DNA of 34,231 nucleotides from Promethearchaeota archaeon (GTDB lineage Archaea; Asgardarchaeota; Lokiarchaeia; Sigyniarchaeales; SOKP01): NCBI GenBank assembly GCA_018238625.1, contig JABCSY010000041.1, positions 1 to 34,231 of the forward strand, read 5' to 3'. Shown piece by piece: positions 1 to 8,824 of this stretch (position 1 is its first letter; each line of letters starts with the position of its first letter). The notes under the pieces were generated by a model. It saw only the letters and a program-made list of their open reading frames with translations, ran no database searches and was not told where the DNA came from. The position numbers and the translations under genes were made by a program.

Positions 1-1
1 A

Positions 2-1204
2 TTATCTGAATATGGAAAAAAATTTCTGCGATTACCACTTCGCATAGACAAACACAATAAGGGATATGTAGATTTTTATATTGGTCCTAAAAAATTACGT
101 AAAATCGTTGACAATGAGGTTATAACTTCACCAAACAAATTATTAACCGATTGTAAAGCTTTACAAAAAGATTTGTTTAAACAAGGTTACGATAAAAAAC
201 GCGAGCGATACTTAGAAAAAATGTTAACGGCGATGAGGGCTTCAATTGAAATATTAAACGGTGTCGAAATTCCTTTTAAGGAGCAATTTTTAAGGCTATA
301 TGATGTAGTCTTACAACCCGTTAAAGAATCTGAATTAGATAACTTAAAGGAAGAGTTTAACGCAGCATATGATGGTCTTGGAAGTTTAGAGAAACGATTA
401 AACGATTTAAGAGTACGACGAATTGTTCCTGAAAGTAAAGTATTTGGATTATTTAAGAAAGCTCTCAACATCACGAGAGAGCGAACTAAAGAAGTGTTTG
501 TCGATCTCTTACCTGAAAGTGAGCACATTAATATAGAGTTAGTAAAAAATAACAACAATAATAAAATTAAATGGACTTATTACAATTGGTACCTGGGTAA
601 TTTACGTTCCCAAATAGAAGTTAACCCGAATTATAACATGTATTGGACCTTATTTTTGCCCTCTGCCGCTCACGAAGGGTACCCTGGCCATCATACAGAA
701 TTTATTGTCAAAGAACAAACGCTATATCGCGAGTTAAATCAATTTGAACACTCAATCCTGCTATTAAACTCGCCCAAGTTAATAATTTGCGAAGGTATTG
801 CGAATACAGCAGTTAATATGCTTTTTAACTATCGGGAGCAAGCAGAAATTAGTTTACGAGATTTTTGTCAAGACTCGTCAAAAGAAGATTCTCTTGATGC
901 ATTAATGGCACAAAACAAAGTAAAAGGAAAAATGTCCCTTTATTTGTATAATCTTGCTTATTACGCGCTAATTGACGGGTGGAGCGAAGAGAGATTAACT
1001 CGGTACTCAACCAGTTTTGGAATTTTTAGCCAAGAAAATATTAAAAATCGAATAAAAATATTATTAAATCCAGTACATTCAACTACTACTTTTTCGTATA
1101 ATATAGGAAGCAAACTCATAATAAAAAAATATGGGGAATTTCCTTCGGTTAAGAATTTTCGAGATCTGCTTACCAACCCGATTCTCCCCTCCGATTTAGC
1201 ATAA
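2..1204 (+). CDS. DUF885-like zinc metallopeptidase, copy A (5'-partial)
   Basis: Frame is open from base 2 (LSEYGKKFLRLPLRIDKHNKGYVDFYIGP...), upstream of the track start at 173. Has AHEGYPGHH and a downstream EG motif typical of DUF885/gluzincin-like proteins. Confidence 0.8.
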   Translation, partial: LSEYGKKFLRLPLRIDKHNKGYVDFYIGPKKLRKIVDNEVITSPNKLLTDCKALQKDLFKQGYDKKRERYLEKMLTAMRASIEILNGVEIPFKEQFLRLYDVVLQPVKESELDNLKEEFNAAYDGLGSLEKRLNDLRVRRIVPESKVFGLFKKALNITRERTKEVFVDLLPESEHINIELVKNNNNNKIKWTYYNWYLGNLRSQIEVNPNYNMYWTLFLPSAAHEGYPGHHTEFIVKEQTLYRELNQFEHSILLLNSPKLIICEGIANTAVNMLFNYREQAEISLRDFCQDSSKEDSLDALMAQNKVKGKMSLYLYNLAYYALIDGWSEERLTRYSTSFGIFSQENIKNRIKILLNPVHSTTTFSYNIGSKLIIKKYGEFPSVKNFRDLLTNPILPSDLA

Positions 1205-1267
1205 AATTACATCAAAAATTTTTTCATTAACATTCGATTTAAAAAATAAAAGTTCTCTTTCTTTTTT

Positions 1268-1398
1268 TAGGAGTTTAAATAATTTTTCTCAATTAATTAA
1301 TTGTTTTAAAAGAACTTATCATAAACGTTTCAATTCGGTTTCAAATTAAAAAAAAAAATAGTTAAAAACAAATCACCTAACAAATAAAGTGAGAAAAA
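1268..1398 (+). promoter_or_regulatory. Conserved promoter/5'-leader of micro-ORF A
   Basis: Blocks TAGGAGTTTAAATAA (1268-1282), TATA-like CTTATCATAAAC (1315-1326), TTCGGTTTC (1334-1342) and TAACAAATAAAGTG (1378-1391) recur at nearly the same spacing on the minus strand at 33352-33481. Confidence 0.6.
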
Positions 1399-1428
1399 AT
1401 GCCTGGTCAAGGAGAAGGAATGCCTTAA
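1399..1428 (+). CDS. 9-aa micro-ORF MPGQGEGMP
   Basis: ATG CCT GGT CAA GGA GAA GGA ATG CCT TAA. A paralogous ORF of identical length lies at 33322-33351. GTGAG SD-like element just upstream. Confidence 0.6.
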   Translation: MPGQGEGMP

Positions 1429-1430
1429 AA

Positions 1431-1472
1431 TGATGTTTTTTATAAGTGCATCACATATTTTACTTTCTTTTT
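1431..1472 (+). terminator. Hairpin plus T-tract after micro-ORF A
   Basis: TGATGT (1431-1436), 11-nt loop, GCATCA (1448-1453), then TATTTTACTTTCTTTTT. Same geometry as copy B. Confidence 0.55.
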
Positions 1473-1528
1473 AGAATGTTTTATACTTGTTAAATACAAT
1501 GAAGGAGTATAAAACAAATATTAAACTC

Positions 1529-2185
1529 CTAGATTTCTAGAGTTTTAATAAGTTTTGGAATGTTTTCCCCTGTAATTGCACTTGTTGTAAATATTTTGAT
1601 GTTTGGATTTATTTCCTTGGCATCGTTGATCATTTCCTCTAAATTGATATCTATAACATCAAGTAGATCAATTTTATTAATAACTGCAATATCTGAAAAT
1701 TTAAACAACAAGGGGTGCTTCCGAATTACCCATGGGCCTTCAGTAATGGAAACTACTACAATACGCTTATCAGTTCCTAAGATAAAATCTGAGGGGCAAA
1801 TAAGATTTCCCACGTTTTCTATAAAAACGACGTCGTAATTGCTTAAATCGTGATTTTTTATTACTTGAGAGATGTGATAAGAATTTAAAGCGCATTCTCG
1901 ACCTGTATTAATTTGGATGGTTTTTACACCGTGTTTCTCTATGCGATCAGCGTCAATTCTTGTAGCTACATCTCCATTTATTACTAAAACCCTTTTTTCT
2001 TTAGAAATCCTTTCTGATATCGATTCTAAAAGGGCCGTTTTTCCAGCTCCTATAGCTCCAACAACATCAAAAGAGCGAATGTTATACTTATTAAAATCTT
2101 TTTTATTTTTGGCTGCTAATCGCTCGTTGTTTTCGATTAAATCCTCGTTTAATTCTATAATTTTTGACAATCCTTCTTCTGGCAT
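1529..2185 (-). CDS. hypB: HypB-family GTPase (hydrogenase nickel incorporation), with variant metal site
   Basis: GAIGAGKT P-loop, GDVATRIDA, ENVGNLICP, SITEG and NKID motifs. Start set at ATG 2185 (MPEEG) to avoid overlap with the upstream gene. Confidence 0.85.
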   Translation of the reverse strand: MPEEGLSKIIELNEDLIENNERLAAKNKKDFNKYNIRSFDVVGAIGAGKTALLESISERISKEKRVLVINGDVATRIDADRIEKHGVKTIQINTGRECALNSYHISQVIKNHDLSNYDVVFIENVGNLICPSDFILGTDKRIVVVSITEGPWVIRKHPLLFKFSDIAVINKIDLLDVIDINLEEMINDAKEINPNIKIFTTSAITGENIPKLIKTLEI

Positions 2186-2201
2186 TTTAAATCGGTTATT
2201 C

Positions 2202-3107
2202 TTATCGATGCTTAAATTTATAGTAATGAACAAAGTATGACGCTAATATACCTCCTAAATCGGGAAGATAAACAAGTAAATAAATTGGATTACCGATTGC
2301 AAGTAATAGACCTGGAACAACTTTTAGTAAAACTAAGAAAGCTATTATAGTTTTTCCTTTCATTTTTATTGGAAGGAAGAATAGTAAAAACGTCATTTCT
2401 CGGTTCCAGTTCATAAAAATCATGAAACATATGACACCTAAAAGAGCTCCTGAGGCTAAACCGTATGGAACAATAATTACACTTCCCAATGGCACGTAAA
2501 TCAATTGTAACAGGAGCATTAATAAAATATAAACTAATCCCGTAAAAATGGCGCAAATAAAATACAATTGCAATAAAAATTTAGTTCCAAATACGCGTTC
2601 AATATTCTTAATTATCATATTAAAAAATATTATTATAATAAATAGAAAAAACAATCCAAATAAATCAGAAGTATAACTAACAAAAAGAGACGTAATAAAT
2701 GTCCACCAATAATATTCTAAAAAGCTATAACTACTTAAGGTTAAAAATAAAGGGTATCCCATAACCATAGAAGCTATAGACATGATAAAAATCGCAACAA
2801 TCAAGAATGTTGTAGCGTTGGTTTTTGTTGTTTTAGAATCATTACTTTTATAGTGTCTTATTGTTCTTTCCTTTTGTTTTTCTTGTCTTTTTATATATTT
2901 CTTAAATTCTCTTGTAGTTCCGTGCGAACTAACACTTTTTGAAGGGCTTTCTCTCAAATTTAAAGGGATAATAGGTCCATGTTTTATTTCAAAAGTACAT
3001 TGATGATTTTCTGGTAGTCTATGTTTTTTACAATAAACTCCGCCACAATACTTGCAATTAAAAGGTAAATAATTGATCTGTTCGCCACAATGTTCGCAAA
3101 ATGTCAT
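2202..3107 (-). CDS. AN1-type zinc finger fused to rhomboid-superfamily membrane domain (probable pseudoprotease)
   Basis: N-terminal CEHC..PFNCKYCGGVYCKKHRLPENHQC. Membrane part has YYWWTFITSLF, IERVFG, GLASGA and PDLGG in place of HLGG. Confidence 0.8.
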   Translation of the reverse strand: MTFCEHCGEQINYLPFNCKYCGGVYCKKHRLPENHQCTFEIKHGPIIPLNLRESPSKSVSSHGTTREFKKYIKRQEKQKERTIRHYKSNDSKTTKTNATTFLIVAIFIMSIASMVMGYPLFLTLSSYSFLEYYWWTFITSLFVSYTSDLFGLFFLFIIIIFFNMIIKNIERVFGTKFLLQLYFICAIFTGLVYILLMLLLQLIYVPLGSVIIVPYGLASGALLGVICFMIFMNWNREMTFLLFFLPIKMKGKTIIAFLVLLKVVPGLLLAIGNPIYLLVYLPDLGGILASYFVHYYKFKHR

Positions 3108-3223
3108 GGGTTATTCGCTTAAATTTTTTAATGTAAAATTTTAACTTATAATAATTTTAAGACTTTTATCATTCATAATTTTTTTTAAAATTTTACTCTT
3201 GAAACTGTAATAAACATAAAATA

Positions 3224-4171
3224 TTAGGGAATATAGATGTTTATTCCTAATGGCGTATAAATAATAACCATTGTTATAATAAGCAATGGTAATAATAACC
3301 CAATTAGTCCAAAATATACTTTCTTTTTCCATTTCCATATATTTTGCCCATCCAAAATCCCAAAAGGAAGCATATTGAACGATCCTAACATGAAATTTAA
3401 ATACGCTCCTATACAAAAAATATAATTCAGTGGATATAATGATGTTGGAATAATAAACGAAATTACAAATAATAGCGTGCCATACACCAAATTTACGAAA
3501 GGACCGGCTGCTTTACATAATCCCGTTTTTCTACTAATCTTGTCAAGACCCAAAACGACGACAGCTCCAGGTAAAGCAAACCTTCCAAGAGAGACTAAAG
3601 TCATAAGCAAACCATATGTAAGTAACCTAAATTTTGTTTGCAATTTAAAATGAACAGCTACTTGGCGGTGCCCTAATTCGTGAAAGAGAAAAGCAGTCAC
3701 ATAAAAAGTAGCAAGTATAAATAAAGCCCATAAATATGTAGAACCTACGCTGGTATAAAAGCTCATTAATCCTAAAACATATATTATTATCCCTGCAATT
3801 AAGAAATGAGTTAATTCAGATTTATGAGCCAGAAATATACCCTTGAACGAGATTCCAGAGTCTGGATCGAAAGCATTTTCTGGAACTGTTTGTTCTTGCC
3901 GATACCATGTATAAGTCCCATCTGTCGTTCCACGCACTTCGCTTGGAGTTGACTGTTGCTGATACGTATGCTCTTGTTGAGAAAACGAAGCTTGAGAGCT
4001 TTCAACGTAAGTAGGAGATGATTGCTGATATTGTTGAAGATTTTGACTTTCGATTACAATATTACATTCGTGATCAATAGGATTTTTATGTAAAGAACAA
4101 TAATTTTGACCACATTTAGTACAGTTGAATGTTTCAAGGACGTCGACTCCACAATGATAACATATTGGCAT
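3224..4171 (-). CDS. AN1-like zinc finger fused to site-2 (M50) intramembrane metalloprotease
   Basis: N-terminal CYHC..FNCTKCGQNYCSLHKNPIDHEC, a Gln-rich linker, then HELGH, AAGP and FNMLPFGILDG. Confidence 0.88.
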   Translation of the reverse strand: MPICYHCGVDVLETFNCTKCGQNYCSLHKNPIDHECNIVIESQNLQQYQQSSPTYVESSQASFSQQEHTYQQQSTPSEVRGTTDGTYTWYRQEQTVPENAFDPDSGISFKGIFLAHKSELTHFLIAGIIIYVLGLMSFYTSVGSTYLWALFILATFYVTAFLFHELGHRQVAVHFKLQTKFRLLTYGLLMTLVSLGRFALPGAVVVLGLDKISRKTGLCKAAGPFVNLVYGTLLFVISFIIPTSLYPLNYIFCIGAYLNFMLGSFNMLPFGILDGQNIWKWKKKVYFGLIGLLLPLLIITMVIIYTPLGINIYIP

Positions 4172-4426
4172 TGTTAAAACCTATTATAATTTGTTTTAAT
4201 TTTTAATTTGAAAAATAATATTAATGATATAAAATTCAACATTAATAATATTTAGCCTATGTTTATTACAATTTTTTTTTATTTTAATATAAATTAATAA
4301 GTTGGAAAAATGAAGAATAAATAGCTTTTTAGCGTTAATTTTGAACTTTTTAATAATACCACAAAATAATTAAATTAACAATTTACCTATCTAATTATAT
4401 AAAATAACAAAAAACGGTCGATTATT

Positions 4427-4678
4427 ACGGGGAAAAAAAAAAAATTAATTTATTGTCCTACATGTGAAAAAAAAATCGCACTAAGAAGGAAAAATTTTGA
4501 CCATATTTACCACGAGGTATTAGCCTTTATGGTTATCCTAACTTGTGGGTTAGGGATTTTTATCTATCTTATTTTGAAATATAGTAAAAAGAAAGACCGA
4601 TGCCCCAATTGTGACACTCAATTTGATCTAGAAAACCTTCCAGATAAAGAGGTTTTAGAACAAGATATTTCTAATTAA
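4427..4678 (+). CDS. LITAF-like zinc-ribbon membrane protein (83 aa, ACG start; not in ORF track)
   Basis: (M)GKKKKLIYCPTCEKKIALRRKNFDHIYHEVLAFMVILTCGLGIFIYLILKYSKKKDRCPNCDTQFDLENLPDKEVLEQDISN*: CxxC, hydrophobic segment, CxxC. Confidence 0.75.
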   Translation, partial: TGKKKKLIYCPTCEKKIALRRKNFDHIYHEVLAFMVILTCGLGIFIYLILKYSKKKDRCPNCDTQFDLENLPDKEVLEQDISN

Positions 4679-4681
4679 TCT

Positions 4682-4942
4682 TTACTTGATTTTCATTATA
4701 CTTTTACATCTAGGGCAGATTTTATCTTTATCTGTTAACTCTTTCTTTCTTATCGTCTTTTGATATTTGCATTTTGCCTTTGAACACACTAAGTCGAATT
4801 TCAATAAATTTTTTAGTCCTATTGTATCCTTTTTTTCTTTAGGCTTAGAGTCAGAGTCATTCTTTTTTGGTTTTTTAGTACCCTCTTTTATCTTTGGCTT
4901 TTTTTTAGTTTCTTCTGCTTTTATCCACTTATCTAATCCCAA
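4682..4942 (-). CDS. Small basic zinc-ribbon protein
   Basis: Lys-rich N-terminus, CSKAKC...CPRC C-terminal ribbon, TTG start. Confidence 0.7.
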   Translation of the reverse strand: MGLDKWIKAEETKKKPKIKEGTKKPKKNDSDSKPKEKKDTIGLKNLLKFDLVCSKAKCKYQKTIRKKELTDKDKICPRCKSIMKIK

Positions 4943-5071
4943 TCTTAACTCACATTAATTTTTATTTATTTAATTTCTAATACAATAATTTCTAGTTATT
5001 TTTTACTATTTAGACCTATTATTTAATATAAAAAAAGAACAAAAAAAATTTTACCAATCTAAACTTAAAAA

Positions 5072-6313
5072 TTAAAATACTTGTATTTTACCTGCAATCA
5101 ATCGCTTCCTTAGATCAATCATAGATTCCTTTCTTAGCTTTTCTTCAGAAACTTCTTTCGCGATTTTTTCAATACTAGCAAAATTTACATTTTCAGCAGG
5201 AATTAACTCTATTGAGTTTACCCATGGATCCGTAATTGGACGTCCTATTTGGGATAAAAGCTTTACATGTGCTTCTAGAATGTCACCCTCTCCTCTTTTA
5301 TGGATCTCTCTGGCGATCTCCGTTGATAGGATGTTGTAGATTTTTCCTACATGATTAATTGGGTTTTTTCCACAAACAGCCTCTAAACTCATAGTTCTGC
5401 AAGGTGTAATTAGACCATTAGAGCGGTTTCCACGCCCTACTTCACCGTCATCGCCTGCCTCAGCCGATGTGCCCGTTATCGTAAGAAACAATATATTTTT
5501 CTCTATGTTATCTGCTACATTTACTTGGCAAGTGACTTCGCGTTCTGGGATAATTTTAGCTGCTAAATCTAATACCGCGTTTTTAATTTGATTCGTATAG
5601 TTAATATACTCATCAACGTCGTTGATGTATTTGCTGACCATTGCAGCCGCAACGGTAATTCCGACTTTGTTATCAATTCTTTCAACCATTACCTTAACAT
5701 CTTCTCCCGATCCCTTACATTTATCCTTGAAGCTCGGAGAATTAATTAGGTATTCTGCTTCTAATGTAATTTTTTCTACATCTGAATATGGGGCGTATCC
5801 TACTCCAAAACTTGTGTCATTTGAGAGGGGAATATCTTCCGAATGATGAGACTCGTCAAAAACTCCCGTTAAATCTATTGACCCTGGTCGAACGGCATAA
5901 TCGAATTGTATATCTCTAGCTAAATCAAGGTTTCTAAATATTTTTGCGAGTATTTGGCGTTGCGTATCAAGACAAATAGTAGCAACGGGTACATATTCCA
6001 ATTTATGCTCAGTTCCACATTCTGTAAGAATTTGATGTATAGCTCTTCCTACTATTAAAAAATATTGTGGTTGAATGATCATCCCTCCTCCGAATTCTGG
6101 TTTGGCAACACCACCAACCAAAGCGGCCTTATCAACGTTGTGATGATACACTCTATCGAAATGTTCCAAATAGTAAACACATAACGCTCTCGAACAAGCA
6201 TCAGCAACGGCGTCACAAACGCTATCTGGATGTCCTATTCCTTTCCTTTCGCAAATCTCAGGAAATCGGCTATTTTCAATAGGTAAAAAGTCAGCCCGTG
6301 TGATTTTCAACAT
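5072..6313 (-). CDS. mat: Archaeal-type S-adenosylmethionine synthetase
   Basis: ERKGIGHPDS, HHNVDK, SNDTSFGVGYAP, GEDVKVM, GTSAEAGDDGEVGRGNR and GKNPINHVGKIYN. Confidence 0.95.
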   Translation of the reverse strand: MLKITRADFLPIENSRFPEICERKGIGHPDSVCDAVADACSRALCVYYLEHFDRVYHHNVDKAALVGGVAKPEFGGGMIIQPQYFLIVGRAIHQILTECGTEHKLEYVPVATICLDTQRQILAKIFRNLDLARDIQFDYAVRPGSIDLTGVFDESHHSEDIPLSNDTSFGVGYAPYSDVEKITLEAEYLINSPSFKDKCKGSGEDVKVMVERIDNKVGITVAAAMVSKYINDVDEYINYTNQIKNAVLDLAAKIIPEREVTCQVNVADNIEKNILFLTITGTSAEAGDDGEVGRGNRSNGLITPCRTMSLEAVCGKNPINHVGKIYNILSTEIAREIHKRGEGDILEAHVKLLSQIGRPITDPWVNSIELIPAENVNFASIEKIAKEVSEEKLRKESMIDLRKRLIAGKIQVF

Positions 6314-6402
6314 TTTGATTAAACTCTTTCTTAATTATATAAATAATTATTTTATTATGTTTTTTTAAATTAATGATAATTATAAAATATTTATTGATAA
6401 TA

Positions 6403-6430
6403 ATATGCATATATTGCATGAAATATGCAT
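6403..6430. promoter_or_regulatory. Putative operator: overlapping ATGCA/TGCAT inverted repeats
   Basis: ATATGCATAT palindrome (6403-6412), ATGCA-N5-TGCAT (6405-6419) and TGCAT-N5-ATGCA (6415-6429) in the otherwise nearly G/C-free divergent spacer. Confidence 0.55.
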
Positions 6431-6465
6431 TTAAAATATACTAAATAAGTTTTACGCATTTTAAG

Positions 6466-7032
6466 ATGGAAGTTTTGCCAAATTTATCTCGAATTAAAGA
6501 ACTAAGAAAAAAATTAAACATTAGCCAAAAAGAATTGGGTGAGAAATTAAATATTTCGCAATCTACAATCTCAAGAATAGAAAGTGGAGATATGGACCCA
6601 CCTTATTCTAAAGCGAAAAAAATTATCGAATTCCTAGAAAAAGAACGAAAAATAAAAAAAAAATCAAAAAAGCACGCAGAAGATATTATGACTCCAAAAA
6701 TAATATCTATAGCACCAGATTCGACCATAAAGGAAGTCATAACATTAATGAGTAAATATAATTTTTCACAGATACCAATTTTAGAAAAAAACCATAATTT
6801 CGGAAGTATAACTGCCAAAAAAATTCAGAAACATATTACTACAACTCCAGATTTAATAAACGCAGATATTTTAACTATTATAGAATTGCCCTTTCCTGAA
6901 GTTGAAAAAAATTGGAACGCTAAAGATATATCAAATTTATTAATTAAATACCCTGCCGTATTAGTAAAAGAAAATAATATTTTTATTGGAATTATAACTG
7001 ACGCTGATTTCCTTAAACTTACAAGTAAATAA
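6466..7032 (+). CDS. Transcriptional regulator, XRE HTH plus CBS pair
   Basis: IKELRKKLNISQKELGEKLNISQSTISRIESGDMDP HTH; AEDIMT...FSQIPI...GIITDAD CBS pair. Confidence 0.92.
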   Translation: MEVLPNLSRIKELRKKLNISQKELGEKLNISQSTISRIESGDMDPPYSKAKKIIEFLEKERKIKKKSKKHAEDIMTPKIISIAPDSTIKEVITLMSKYNFSQIPILEKNHNFGSITAKKIQKHITTTPDLINADILTIIELPFPEVEKNWNAKDISNLLIKYPAVLVKENNIFIGIITDADFLKLTSK

Positions 7033-7146
7033 TGGTTTATCTTTAATGAAAGAAATTAAAATAACAATTAAATTAATTAAGTTCGAATATAATAACACAA
7101 TAAAAAAAATTTATTTAGCTATTTATCTTTTAATTAATGGGAATAT

Positions 7147-8157
7147 ATGATTGAAGCGGTACTTGAAAAAATAGATAATATGCTTAAAAGGGCTAATTTT
7201 GAGACATTTATTTTAGACTCCTTTTCTAATAAAAAAAGCAAGTTTTGTTTTGACTTATTAGTAAAAAAGAATGATTTAGTTTTTAGCGTAAAAATTTTTT
7301 CCAATATTGATAATCTAAACGCTGATCTAATAAACGATATAAAATCTTTATCCTTATTGCTAAAGTCTAAACCTTTGTTAATAGGAATTAGAAATCGCTA
7401 TCAAAAATTAGAAGACAACACTATTTACATTAGAGAGGGGTTGCCGTTTATAACAGTACTTACTTTAGAAAACATTCTCAGCAAAGAGTTATATCCGTAC
7501 ATTCTAGCGAGAAGAGGAGGGGGTGTTATGTTTTTAAACGGTAATTTAATGAAATCTTTGAGAGAAAAACAAGCAATCTCACGAAAAGAACTATCTGGAA
7601 GACTTGGAATCACTAAAAGAACTATCTGTGCTTATGAAAATGAAAGTATGCGACCTTCTGAAAAAATTGCTCAAAAAATCTCATTAATACTAGAAAGTAG
7701 TGATCTTTTTAGAAAAATTAATATTTTTGATTGGAATTTCAATTTTAGTATGGATCGAAAAGACTTACAAGAAGATAACACGTTAAGCTCTTTCGAATCT
7801 CATCTTCAAGAAGTTTTGAATGACATTGGAATTTGTTCTTATTGGTCCAAGAAAGGTTCAATTCCTTTCAAACTATCGTTATATTCAAAAACTGTTGATG
7901 AAAATAAAGAAAGTAGCGTCTATCCTCTCTTTTCAGGAGTTTCTGAAGCAGATAAAAAAATCAACGAGCTCAGTTTTAAATGTTTGAAAATGTTTACTGA
8001 ACTGTTTCAAAAAAATTCTATTTTTATTGTAAATAATGATGTTAAAATACCCGATTCTCTTAAAAAAATTAAAATTCCCATCATTAGAATTAGAAATTTA
8101 GAAAAAATTGATGATGAAGGGGAATTCGTTGAGCTCATCCAAGAATCGGGGAACTAA
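7147..8157 (+). CDS. Archaeal HTH-type transcriptional regulator (COG1395-like)
   Basis: CFDLLVKK..VKIFSNID, LEDNTIYIREG, ARRGGG, central HTH LREKQAISRKELSGRLGITKRTICAYEN. Confidence 0.8.
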   Translation: MIEAVLEKIDNMLKRANFETFILDSFSNKKSKFCFDLLVKKNDLVFSVKIFSNIDNLNADLINDIKSLSLLLKSKPLLIGIRNRYQKLEDNTIYIREGLPFITVLTLENILSKELYPYILARRGGGVMFLNGNLMKSLREKQAISRKELSGRLGITKRTICAYENESMRPSEKIAQKISLILESSDLFRKINIFDWNFNFSMDRKDLQEDNTLSSFESHLQEVLNDIGICSYWSKKGSIPFKLSLYSKTVDENKESSVYPLFSGVSEADKKINELSFKCLKMFTELFQKNSIFIVNNDVKIPDSLKKIKIPIIRIRNLEKIDDEGEFVELIQESGN

Positions 8158-8824
8158 CCAAGAAGTCATTTGTGGTATCGACGAAGCGGGTAGAGGACCT
8201 GTCTTGGGCCCTATGGTTATATGTGGCGTGTGCTTCTTTAAATCAAAATTGGGGTTTTTAACAGAAATCGGGGTTAAAGATTCAAAAAAATTATCTACTA
8301 AAAGACGAAGTGAATTAGCTAAACTTATAAAAGAAAATTGTAAAACATATCAAATAAAAGTTATTGGAGCTCAAGAAATAGACGCAAGAGAAGAGAAAAG
8401 GATCACATTGAATAGGCTTGAAGAGCTGAAAATGGCAGAAATTATTAATGAACTGAAACCAGATGTAATATATATAGATGCGGCAGATGTTATTGAAGAT
8501 AGATTTAAAACATCTATTCAAGCATTACTAAATTATTCACCAAAAAAAATCATTTCTAAACACAAGGCTGACGATTTATACCCAATAGTTTCAGCAAGCT
8601 CAATTATTGCTAAAGATATGAGAGATAGCCTCATTGAAGAATTAAAAAAAGAATATGGAGATTTTGGCTCAGGATACCCCTCAGATTTACGAAGTACTAC
8701 ATTCCTTCGAGAATGGGTAAGAAAAAATAAGAAGGCTCCACCTATCGCGAGAAAATCCTGGGAAACTACGAAAAAAATAATCAGAGAAGAATTATATACG
8801 AAAAAAATTACTGATTTTGTATAA
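8129..8824 (+). CDS. rnhB: Ribonuclease HII
   Basis: GIDEAGRGPVLGPMV, VKDSKKL, HKADDLYPIVSASSIIAK and GSGYPSD. Start uncertain between 8108 and 8129. Confidence 0.95.
   Translation: MSSSKNRGTNQEVICGIDEAGRGPVLGPMVICGVCFFKSKLGFLTEIGVKDSKKLSTKRRSELAKLIKENCKTYQIKVIGAQEIDAREEKRITLNRLEELKMAEIINELKPDVIYIDAADVIEDRFKTSIQALLNYSPKKIISKHKADDLYPIVSASSIIAKDMRDSLIEELKKEYGDFGSGYPSDLRSTTFLREWVRKNKKAPPIARKSWETTKKIIREELYTKKITDFV

Noticed and set aside
5995-6045. Possible BHB in a short insertion of mat
   Set aside because: The pairing needs bulges longer than 3 nt, and there is no stop or frameshift.
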